Assembly: GCA_030688425.1 (NCBI GenBank)
Contig: JAUYIB010000007.1
Span: 29,854 to 93,853, forward strand
Source of the DNA: Candidatus Omnitrophota bacterium
GTDB lineage: Bacteria > Omnitrophota > Gorgyraeia > Zapsychrales > JANLHA01
Reading direction: 5' to 3'
DNA: 64,000 bases
The translations under genes and the position numbers were made by a program. Shown here in pieces: positions 31,801 through 39,800 of this stretch (positions are counted from its first letter, which is position 1; every line of letters starts with the position of its first letter). The notes under the pieces are model-generated. The model ran no database searches, had not been told where the DNA came from, and saw nothing but the letters and a program-made list of their open reading frames with translations.

Positions 31801-32922
31801 CCACTCCCGAATACCTGTAATCCTGGGGCGGGCGGGTTTCAAAATTTTGATGTCACGAAATGCTCGAATGGCGCTTTTCTCGCGAACCTTACGGATAGCG
31901 TCAAAGAATCCGTCAACCTGGTGGCGAAAATGAAAAAACGGTACGAATTTCTCAGCCGCCGTTTGCAGGAAGCCGAGAGCTTGATCGGCACGGACTATCA
32001 CCGGGCGTGCAAGGTAAGTTCTTTTGGAGGTGTGGACCAAACCGGGATCTTGACCCGGGCGATCCAGGAATTCACGAGGTTCTTGGATGATAATGACACG
32101 GCCACGGACGACACAGATCCCCTCTATGATCCCCTGGTTGACCCTTTCCATGATCCCGGGCCGATGGATCCCGGTGACCCGCGCACCATCACGGCTCCGG
32201 CGGAGAAACTCGTGAAGGCGCGTCAAGATTATGGCAACATCGGTGACGCTGTGTTGCCAACCGTGGCCATCTATGCCTGGAGGGATGAAATCAAAGATGC
32301 GCGTGTGGATTGGCCATGGCATATTGTGAAAGTGGACGTCCGCGCCCCGTTCCGGTGCAACTACGAGTGCGGTCCTGGGGCTGGCCGGGACCCCGGGTGG
32401 CCAAGGGTCAGGACGTATACAAAATCCTGGGGGCTGGAGCGCTGTTATGAGCTTGTGAACACAGAAGGCCGCGTCAAGGCGAGGGCCATCCGCTTTGATG
32501 AGGATCAATCCACCGGCAGGCTGTTGAAGTTTCCCGGCGGCATGCCGCTGTGGATGTTCCGTTTTGCTCATCCCGACAGGGGCAGCAAGGATGCCTCATT
32601 GCTGGTTGCAGAAGGAGGCCAGGGCGCTTGCTTTGAGCAGGTTCATGAATCTCTGATCAGCCAGCAGGGCTATGGGCTCAACCCTGTCCCCAAGACCCCG
32701 TATCCTTACGGTTATGCGTTTATGTTGAACAGGCGGCCGGATTTAACCCCGATAGACCAGCAAGAGAGAGATTACAGAGACTGCTGGCAGGAAGTACATG
32801 ACTATCTCGATCTTGGCGTCAGCACGGTTTCCTGCGCGGAATATTATTATGCCAATAGAGGTATCGGGGTCAGCATCAAATTTGTAGACTGCGAAGACCG
32901 GTTCAAAAGGTTGTTAAATTGA
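28804..32922 (+). CDS. Giant TadG-like protein with multi-TM segment and Cys-rich region
   Basis: About 1,372 aa from GTG 28804 (GAGGAAG 6 nt upstream; the track start is TTG 28756). The TadG-type N-terminus is VRG/QIAIVLILIIAIGLIFYAVVLNLGRV. A poly-Ile TM cluster spans 29140-29330. About 20 Cys in ~120 aa lie at ~29730-30095. Confidence 0.75.
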   Translation: MIQFFNSWIRAIKLRCHNFRGPAFSLPRLSPARRLDSVRGQIAIVLILIIAIGLIFYAVVLNLGRVSGSKTITMIATNSAVTQMASYYASYGQKLFKEQLDGHRKVCGWTALFSALILIAIIIIIIIIVIVTWGAGAAIVVPLLGVAVPIVVVLGVALAFAIVAAVLQAVLVNPSITAMWNKMIAESLTIQDQFVERGLQTALQTVVTDQVQIPDVVDLDSDAIYGWGTDPGNPGAPKSVWPDPAQGFSLDNPLQGANDFVSRFAFYNTERLRNVVRPGVANVDEFIAGLKNFLEKADDPADWGLWHPFDCSAPHACCPQNSSPGQNTDMPAECDSCCLPDPMVNPSCGAVAPACCSLPTADPSYCGVCAEEGLQDPQCCCGIAWGATEACVGLPLPVPSCQRIKVRPDCCDLPAGDADKCGDPTTCSQRTPYAPPVPNPAMTYPWIYDRYYERTDDTIWSFREQLGRDDDIHTYLKNIPGTTTCPVTGLDNSDRHGCQEVATFLGTYQSEPRGFIISDVSGFYNPFDYPAGFNPLDPPAEGADDRAGPIGAPDLPVASTLFPFLYKAQDWEFTLSELTYNEASDVVTNPDNRIKQCFWCDQRGYPNPVAGAVCPAPPGPVLDPNELQRLVLPLNPIDAVLNLQFSGGWCVDNANKAGAAAGDPPVLLDLVNDAALAPLFADFNNCAQTTGGWKRGADRYCTTQIVGGAPRFPYGSGCSKHGGLQQCNEWDWDDTNGDGIQDAGELIPVPVDCACGEPGALGGNAWPDDRLDDLVYGLDEFMDWAKGFVTLTPAALAGSIEVWYEDAAYWVEPNYCPGGNNPCPQSFTRNANTADRDWGILYTWRDTLVNTCQPIKNWVSLDSPNGWDPANPDDAIRVNKYVLQSCNLSAGRDSAWCPAYDTQGLGGPCNCSPTWEQATIDFNNNGVRGDVADVVECLRVNTDAGGLAPKNVDFPTSGVPVTVTLEGNALRFQNCFDVCKDPVSTDPDKITACGDLPRSPLPNTCNPGAGGFQNFDVTKCSNGAFLANLTDSVKESVNLVAKMKKRYEFLSRRLQEAESLIGTDYHRACKVSSFGGVDQTGILTRAIQEFTRFLDDNDTATDDTDPLYDPLVDPFHDPGPMDPGDPRTITAPAEKLVKARQDYGNIGDAVLPTVAIYAWRDEIKDARVDWPWHIVKVDVRAPFRCNYECGPGAGRDPGWPRVRTYTKSWGLERCYELVNTEGRVKARAIRFDEDQSTGRLLKFPGGMPLWMFRFAHPDRGSKDASLLVAEGGQGACFEQVHESLISQQGYGLNPVPKTPYPYGYAFMLNRRPDLTPIDQQERDYRDCWQEVHDYLDLGVSTVSCAEYYYANRGIGVSIKFVDCEDRFKRLLN

Positions 32923-33023
32923 CGCGACCGGCGGCCCGGGAGGAAGATGTCTCCGGGCGGTAAAATTTTGCGAGCCAGGAATTGATTTGCCGAAAGAATG
33001 AATTTATAATGAAGGGGACGGGA

Positions 33024-33443
33024 ATGATCCTGGTGAGGAAAAAACGATTTTTCGGACGCCATGGGATGTCTCTTCTGGAATACATGGCCGTCCTCATGTT
33101 TATCATCGGGATTTTTGCCGTTTTTCAGGATTATATCAAACGGGGGTTTCTGGGGCGATGGAAGACTGTGGGCGATTCGTTCGGCCACGGCCGGCAGTAT
33201 GACCCCAAACCCTACGGCGTTGCGGGCGCGGGCGGCGGGACGCTGGAATGCATGTACATGCCCGCTGATCTCGCATGCCCGGCGGGTTGTCCGGCGCCGA
33301 CCCATTCCTGGATTTCGGTGAGGGATTTTGACGCCTGTGTAGGTGCGTTGCAGGGTGATAAGACAAAGGAATGTTGTTGCCGGATAACAACGGCACTTAA
33401 CGACTGCCAAAATGTCCCCTTGCCCTTTACTCCTGGCCCGTGA
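33024..33443 (+). CDS. Long Flp-like pilin 8 with Cys-rich C-terminus
   Basis: MILVRKKRFFGRHG/MSLLEYMAVLMFIIGIFAVFQDYIKRGFLGRWKTVGDSFGHGRQYDP... 139 aa from ATG 33024, with AAGGGGA 5 nt upstream. The C-terminal half has 8 Cys. Confidence 0.7.
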   Translation: MILVRKKRFFGRHGMSLLEYMAVLMFIIGIFAVFQDYIKRGFLGRWKTVGDSFGHGRQYDPKPYGVAGAGGGTLECMYMPADLACPAGCPAPTHSWISVRDFDACVGALQGDKTKECCCRITTALNDCQNVPLPFTPGP

Positions 33444-33543
33444 TCGTCTTGAATATTACGGATTCTTGCGTTCAGCCTTTGTTTGTTTTTCCCGGTCCTT
33501 TGTTGTGGTCTCGTCCGTTCGAAAGCCCATAGGATAATCATCC

Positions 33544-34398
33544 ATGCTTTTTGCCCTTTTTCTCGCCTTTTGTACAGCCGCGCTCATCGGGTATGCGGTT
33601 GTCCCGCCTGTTTACAATAAATCCATCGCGTTCAGCCAGAAAAGAACCCATACCCTGACGAGCAAACTGGACCGCGTTCTTCCGAAGACCCAGGTTCAGA
33701 AGCTGGCACAGATTTATATGATCGCCCCGCTGGGCACGGCGGCCCTGATGTATGTCCTGTTTCCTGAAGAATACCGTTTAATCGGCGTCGTGTTCGGTTT
33801 CGTCGGCGGATTTTTTTTCCCGAGCATGTATACCAAGATTTTGATCCTGAAGAATAAGGCCATGTTTGATGACCAGCTGGTCGACGCCCTGATGATCATG
33901 TCCAGCTCGTTCCGGGGCGGGTTGAGCTTGATCCAGGCGATGGAAGCTGTCGTTGAGGAAATGCCGGACCCGATGAACCAGGAGATCCTCACCGTCCTCG
34001 GCGAGAACAAAATGGGCGTTTCCCTTGAGGAATCTCTCACCCATCTTTATAATCGCATGACGTCCACGGCTTTACAGCAGGTCATCACCGCTATCCTGCT
34101 GGCCCGGGAAACCGGCGGGAACCTCCCGGCCATTTTTACGCGGATTGTCAATAACATCCGGGAACAGAAAAAGATTCAGCAGCAGATCGACACCCTGACC
34201 CTGCAGGGCAAAATCCAGGGCGTGGTCATGTCGATGCTGCCCGTCGCTTTCTTCATGGTCATCTACTCGACCAATCCGTATTTTTTTAATCACATGTTTG
34301 AGTCGGACATGGGGCGGGCTCTCCTGATTTATGCGGCGATTTCCGAAGTCGTCGGCGCGTTTATGATTTGGAAAATCAGCACGTTCAGGGATTATTAA
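33544..34398 (+). CDS. tadB: Flp pilus assembly inner-membrane protein TadB
   Basis: 284 aa with a T2SS-F-type domain (FRGGLSLIQAMEAVVEEMPDPM...LLARETGGNLPAIFTRIVNNIRE) and flanking TM helices. Confidence 0.9.
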   Translation: MLFALFLAFCTAALIGYAVVPPVYNKSIAFSQKRTHTLTSKLDRVLPKTQVQKLAQIYMIAPLGTAALMYVLFPEEYRLIGVVFGFVGGFFFPSMYTKILILKNKAMFDDQLVDALMIMSSSFRGGLSLIQAMEAVVEEMPDPMNQEILTVLGENKMGVSLEESLTHLYNRMTSTALQQVITAILLARETGGNLPAIFTRIVNNIREQKKIQQQIDTLTLQGKIQGVVMSMLPVAFFMVIYSTNPYFFNHMFESDMGRALLIYAAISEVVGAFMIWKISTFRDY

Positions 34399-34473
34399 TG
34401 AGCGCATCATTTATGGAGCGAAAGCGAACATAAATGATTTGCGCGAATTAACCCCACTGTGACGTGGGGTTAA
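34396..34473. repeat. Intergenic repeat element, copy B
   Basis: TAATGAGCGCAT lies at 34396-34407. The hairpin GCGCATCATTTAT / ATAAATGATTTGCGC has loop GGAGCGAAAGCGAAC (34415-34429). GAATTAACCCC lies at 34445-34455. A 10-bp hairpin TTAACCCCAC-TGTGAC-GTGGGGTTAA spans 34448-34473. Confidence 0.55.
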
Positions 34474-34580
34474 TGTGGTTCAATGCTTGTTCCCCCGATC
34501 CCCGCAAAAACCATCGGTTTTTTGCGGGATACCGGAACAATCGACGGACATATCCAAAGGGGCTCATCGCCAAACGATTT

Positions 34581-35459
34581 ATGATTTTTCTTGCTCTGAC
34601 ATTGGCTTTTCTGGCTGGATTTTCTTTTATCTTAGGGCTTTTTCCCGCCGAGGAGGAGTATCGCGCCACATTGCAGGCCTTTGGATATGACCTGCGCTCT
34701 GCCAAGAAGAAGAAAAGCCCTTTTGCTTTCATCCGGAAAATCGCCCTTGTCAATAAGCCCATCTGCGCCGGCCCCCTGAGACAGAGAATCGCCAGGGATT
34801 TGTCGATGGCGCACGTGGTCATGACGCCGGAGGAATTCTTTTTCTTGAAGGAGATGGGGGTTGTTTTTACCATGCTCTTGACGTATCCGATGATCCAGCC
34901 GGACATGATGACGTTCTGGTTTTTGATGTCCTTTTCCATCGGATATATGCTCCCCGAGTACTGGCTGAAAGGGAAAATCAAGAAGGTCAAGAACACCATT
35001 ATCAAAGAGTTGCCGGACGCCATCGATCTTTTGGGCCTTTGCGTCAACGCGGGGCTGGACTTCATGCTTGCCCTCAAGTGGGTGGTTGAAAAGTCTCCGA
35101 CGTCTGTCATGACCAATGAGTTGAACGTTCTTTTGCAGGAAATCAACGTTGGGAAAACTCGGAGAGACGCCCTCAAGGACCTTTCGACCAAATATAATCT
35201 TCCGGATCTTTCCAGTTTCTCCCGGACCCTGATCCAGGCCGACAAAATGGGGACATCGGTCTCCGAGGCCTTGAATCTTCTGTCCGAGGACATGCGTCTT
35301 GCGCGTTTCCGCCGGGGCGAGCAGATGGCTATGAAGGCCCCGATGAAGCTGCTGGTCCCCCTGCTGTTTTTTATCTTTCCTGTTGTCGGCATTCTTGTCG
35401 CCGGCCCGATCTTCCTCGATTTTATCGAAAGCAATCCGCTCGAAAATCTGGCACAATAA
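34581..35459 (+). CDS. tadC: Flp pilus assembly inner-membrane protein TadC
   Basis: T2SS-F-type domain (LPDAIDLLGLCVNAGLDFMLALKWV...LIQADKMGTSVSEALNLLSEDMR). The start is uncertain. ATG 34581 (MIFLALTLAFLAGF) is preferred, because the track start 34464 lies inside the intergenic hairpin. Confidence 0.85.
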   Translation: MIFLALTLAFLAGFSFILGLFPAEEEYRATLQAFGYDLRSAKKKKSPFAFIRKIALVNKPICAGPLRQRIARDLSMAHVVMTPEEFFFLKEMGVVFTMLLTYPMIQPDMMTFWFLMSFSIGYMLPEYWLKGKIKKVKNTIIKELPDAIDLLGLCVNAGLDFMLALKWVVEKSPTSVMTNELNVLLQEINVGKTRRDALKDLSTKYNLPDLSSFSRTLIQADKMGTSVSEALNLLSEDMRLARFRRGEQMAMKAPMKLLVPLLFFIFPVVGILVAGPIFLDFIESNPLENLAQ

Positions 35460-36107
35460 CCGGCAGGTTTCCTCGCTCCGGATCGTGTCGTGATGGAAAA
35501 TCCTCAAAGAGGCGATGGATCGTTCTGTCCGGGGCGCCTTTCGTCCAGGCGGAAGCAACGCGAGATTCGCAGTCCGTTACAAAGGTGCGGGCGGTCTTGA
35601 GTGCTTGACGTCTTATGCTTTTCTTACCGACGCCTGGGGCAGTGGGCTTACAGGATTGGTGGAAGGGCGCGCCAAAAAGAAGGTGCCGCAGATGACAAAT
35701 TTTACCTCTGTATTTGCGACATGCGGCGCCCCCTGGTTGTTACAACAATTTCAGGAGTTTTGTGTTAATCTCCGCAAGCGCCGCTGATATCCGCAATCCC
35801 CGCATTTCTTTCCGCTGGGTTCCGTGATCCATCTTTCCAATCAAATCTGATCGCTTTTGAAAGTGCTGTTTTTCTCAGAATTTTCAAGAGCTGTGCCTTG
35901 GGGTGCGTGTCTGGCCATTTTAATTTTCGGAAAAGCGTTCGCGCCTTTTTCGAAGACGCTGTGCTCTTGTGAAGAGGCTGCACATATGGGGTGGCGTGTT
36001 TCATTGGACCTGTTTGTAAGGATTATTTAATTGTGGAGCGGCATTTGATATGGCAGAAATTATTGAGACGCGATGTGACGTTTTTAGTTTGAAGTTGCCG
36101 TTACTAT

Positions 36108-36161
36108 TTAACGTCCAATCTGATTAATGTCCAATCTAATTGTTTTAATGTCCATTCTGGT
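36108..36161 (+). repeat. Three tandem direct copies of TAA[CT]GTCCA[AT]TCT
   Basis: TAACGTCCAATCT starts at 36108, TAATGTCCAATCT at 36124 and TAATGTCCATTCT at 36145. The spacings are 16 and 21 nt, in an AT-rich non-coding region. Confidence 0.65.
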
Positions 36162-36446
36162 GCTATTCCTGGTCGGAGAAAAACTGAAATCAAGCCGTGA
36201 GATATGTTCTTAAATTAATGAATAATTTTGTGGTATCTAATGATTGATCCGATATTTTGCCAGATGGTGCTGGGGCTGTGTGGACAAACCTTCCGTATCT
36301 TTATGGGTGATTTCTCGACGGAAAATGACTGGAAAAAGGAAGCGCTTTCAAAAAAATAAGTAAAAAAAATGCAATAAAAATTTTTAAAATCTGTCCAATT
36401 GAGACGTAAGTCGTTGGTATATAACAGGATATTTTCTAAAAAAAAT

Positions 36447-36475
36447 TTGACACAACCTTGTCCCCTTCGTACTAT
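36447..36475 (+). promoter_or_regulatory. Near-consensus sigma70 promoter (TTGACA-17-TACTAT)
   Basis: TTGACA at 36447-36452 and TACTAT at 36470-36475, preceded by an A/T tract. Confidence 0.5.
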
Positions 36476-36481
36476 ATGTTA

Positions 36482-36610
36482 TACTTGTTGAGCAAGAGGT
36501 AAGAGATTAACTCAACCGAGACTCGGCAAGTAAAAATATGTTGAAAACCGCGAAAATAATCTCGCACCAGTAAATCGAAAAAAGGCTACCATTTCGCGGT
36601 AGTCTTTTTT
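36482..36610 (+). ncRNA. Candidate short structured transcript or attenuator leader upstream of the giant ORF
   Basis: The promoter above is followed ~110-130 nt later by a hairpin plus T-tract. A 5-bp stem CTACC/GGTAG (36586-36602), or alternatively a 9-bp helix ACCGCGAAA (36547-36555) / TTTCGCGGT (36592-36600), precedes TCTTTTTT. An 11-codon mini-ORF (36538-36573) overlaps the left arm of the long helix. Confidence 0.3.
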
Positions 36611-36641
36611 CATTTTACCCTCTTACCTTCTTCGCAGTTTA

Positions 36642-36884
36642 ATGGTCAAATATCAAGTCTCACCTGAAACCCGGCAGATCGTTGTTAACGCGTTGCTGGA
36701 AACAGCGGCGCGTTGGCTGCTTTCTGTGGGCTTTTCTTCTCTGGCGGCTTTTGTGATGAGCAGACGGTTGCGATTGTTCGTTGTGAGGTTGCCTGTCATT
36801 GAGGATGCAGATCCTCGCCGTTTTATTCTTTTCCAGAATGGACATTCTAGAAGAAAAATCAGTCTGGACAATTGCGGGTTTTAA
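36642..36884 (+). CDS. Doubtful 80-codon ORF in the same frame as the giant ORF
   Basis: Listed in the ORF track. It has no clear SD and a basic/hydrophobic composition. It ends at TAA 36882-36884, just one codon before the giant ORF's ATG. Confidence 0.2.
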   Translation: MVKYQVSPETRQIVVNALLETAARWLLSVGFSSLAAFVMSRRLRLFVVRLPVIEDADPRRFILFQNGHSRRKISLDNCGF

Positions 36885-36887
36885 TTT

Positions 36888-39800
36888 ATGACCGACAGAT
36901 TGGACAAAATCGAGGACCAGATCGCTGTTGCTAATGGCAGTAATAGTAATACTGCTATTAGCTCGGAGCTCGCTTTGTCCCCTGAATTTTCTGCCGAACC
37001 AATCCCTTATAAGAGCCGTTTCAAGACCTGGATGAGGGCCGTAGCCCTCCTTGTTGTCATGACGTTTCTGCCCGAGCAGATCAGCTGGGCTTTCAATTAT
37101 AATCCTGCCGTTATTTGGAACATCGAAGATCAGAAATATATTGAACCGGAGTTTTCCAACGTTCAATCCACCTCTGCCGAGCAGATGGTGTCGTTGCGTA
37201 TCGCTGCCGGCATCAAGAATTTCCTGGGCCAAATTGTTGACAAGCAGGACACCCGCGTTCAAATCGCGCTTCCTGGAATTTCTCAGTCCGAAGACCCTTC
37301 CCGCAGCGTTATTGTTGAATCCAAAGTCACGATTTCCCAAGAGCATGTCCGCGATATTGCCGCTTGGTTGCGGGACCCCGCGATCCATCCCCTGAACTGC
37401 GGTGTTTATGCCTTGCGCGACCTTTTGGCGCAGCGCCAGGTGAACGTCAATTTGGAGGATCTTTCCCTGGCCACGCTGCTGGTGGATTTGCTCAATGACA
37501 TTGTCCGCCCCGGAGAGCAAAAGCTCAAAACGTCCCTTTACTCGATTCACCAGATCGTCAATTCCTACGGCCTGGACTTTAAGGCCGTTAAAGTCGACCC
37601 CCAACAGATCCTCAAACTGAACACCCCGTTTATCGCAAATTACGAGTCCGAACATTTTGTCACGGTCAACGCCGTTGATGAAACCAACGTCTATTTCACG
37701 GATATCGGCCGGACAAAAGTTGAGCCCAGGGAAAGTTTTGCCAAGAAATTGAGCGGGTATGTTTTGGCCGCGGATTTGGACAAAACAGATGTGGCTTATG
37801 AGCCGGTATCGGATGCGGCCATGGCGTTTGTCTGGGGGAACAGGTGGGTGAATCATTCTGATGATCTGCCTGGTTTGATGGACGGCGGCGATATCGCGCT
37901 CCAGGTGGGGATGGAGCTTCTCCAATTGGCGATGATCTTCATTTCGCCGATCAGTTTCTTAACATATATCGTTTCGCATATCATGAGCCTCCTGGTGACC
38001 GCCGGTGTCGTGGACCAGGACACGGCGTTTATTGTCACCACGGCCTTTTCCGCGGCGGTGGCGGCCTTCTCAATCATCTCGGCCGGCCTTCAGGCCGCCG
38101 GACAAGCAGGGACAGAAGCGGGGAAGACGGCGGCGACGGAAACAGGGAAAACTGTAGCGACGGAAACGGGAAAAGCGGTGGTCACGGAAACGGGGAAAAC
38201 GGTGGCTGAAAGTGCGGTCGTCACCACCGCTCAGGTTGGCGCACAGACCGCTCTGCAAGCGATCGGGAATATTTTTATCCAAATCGGGAAGGCCATTTGG
38301 GACGCGATCAAGAGCGTGTGGGAGGCGATCAAAGGGATTTTCACGGGCGAGACATTTACGAAGTTGTGGAGCAACATCGCGGACAACTTTACCATGATCG
38401 GGGGAACGTCAGGCGGCGCGGCGGGTGCGGGCGCGCCAGGAGTGACGGGTGCCGTCACAAACGCTGCTTCTTCCAACGCCATGAAGGCCGCGGCCGAAAG
38501 CGCGGCCGCCAAAAGCTTGGCGGGTGCGGCGACTAAATTGACCAGCGGTCAGATCGCGCAGTTGGTGGTGAAGGCTTTGGCCGCAGGCGCGATCAAGGCC
38601 ATTGTGCAGTTGAAATTGCCCGAGATCCTGGAGGAGGCCCTGGGGGATGATTTTGATCCTATCCTGAAGCAGGCGATCGTCGGCATCGCGACTTCGGTGG
38701 GGTCTGAGCTGGCCATGGGGACTTTCGCGGGCATCGCGGACCAGTTCGGTTCGCCGGTCCTGACCCAGGCCATGGGCATGGGCGAGTGGAAATTGGGCGC
38801 GGACGGCAAGACCGGTTATTTTGATCCCAGTTTCGGACAGGGCATTGCCGAGGCGTTAAAATCCATTCCCGAACGTTTCGTGTATGCCGGCATGCGCGCC
38901 TTGGGACAGATCCTTTTGAAAGAAATCGATGAGGAAAAATTTGGTCCTGACACGCTTGCTTCACAGGCATTCGGTGCCATGATCGGTGATCTCGGGGCTC
39001 TCACATTCAGGGCTTTTACGGATGATCTCGGTTTTTCTAATCCGGTGGAAGTGAAAAAGGATGAGAAAGGGTATTACATAGAACACTCCCTCGGCAAGGA
39101 CGCAGAGGGCAAGAGTATAAAAACACAGAAAGAATATATCACAGTTGATCCGGCGAAAGGGGATCACGTCGTCGCGGCCGGGAACACGGGCAGGACGTAT
39201 TTAATGACTGAGAATAAGTTTTTGTCCGCTTTCACGTCCCGGGTGTCCCAGGGGGCGTTTGCTATGGCCGTGGCCTACGGCGTGGATGAGCTCGCGGGCC
39301 GCGACGCCACGGACCAGTTTAAAATGCTTGCCGGCCGCATGATCGGTTTTATGTCGCAACAGGTCGTAACCGCTTTTGGCCCTGTTGTGGTTGATTTCTT
39401 CTCCGGAAAGAATATTGCCGCTCCGGGAAAGAGCGTTGTTGCCGATGGGGAAAACGCACAGTCTGCCCTTCAATACGCAGGCAATAACTTTTTGCATAAC
39501 TTTACGCATTTTGTGGATGACGACCTGGGTTATGGCGGAGCCAGCACTAAGCAGGCCTGGACCAGGAGCGGTTTCTCGAGCCTCCAGCAGTTCTCGCAGT
39601 TTATGGACCATTTTGTGGACGCGACCGGATTCAACCAGCAATGGGCCGAGGGGGTCAAGGATTATCGCAAGCAGCTTGAGAAGCAGAATCAGGAGCGGCC
39701 TGAAGGCGAAAGGTATGACGAAGAAACCATCGACACCATGGTGAATCTCTATGCCATGGAAGCCCATCGGGCTTCTCAAGCCGGATTCTTTAATACCAAA

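Noticed and set aside
35515-36004. ORFs 35515-35787 (+) and 35765-36004 (-) as real genes
   Set aside because: They have no SD, overlap each other, have odd composition and show no family resemblance. The region is left unannotated.
38112-38207. Possible CRISPR-like or other non-coding tandem repeats
   Set aside because: The 24-nt units are contiguous with no spacers and in frame within the giant ORF, so they are a coding peptide repeat. I saw no CRISPR array anywhere in the window.
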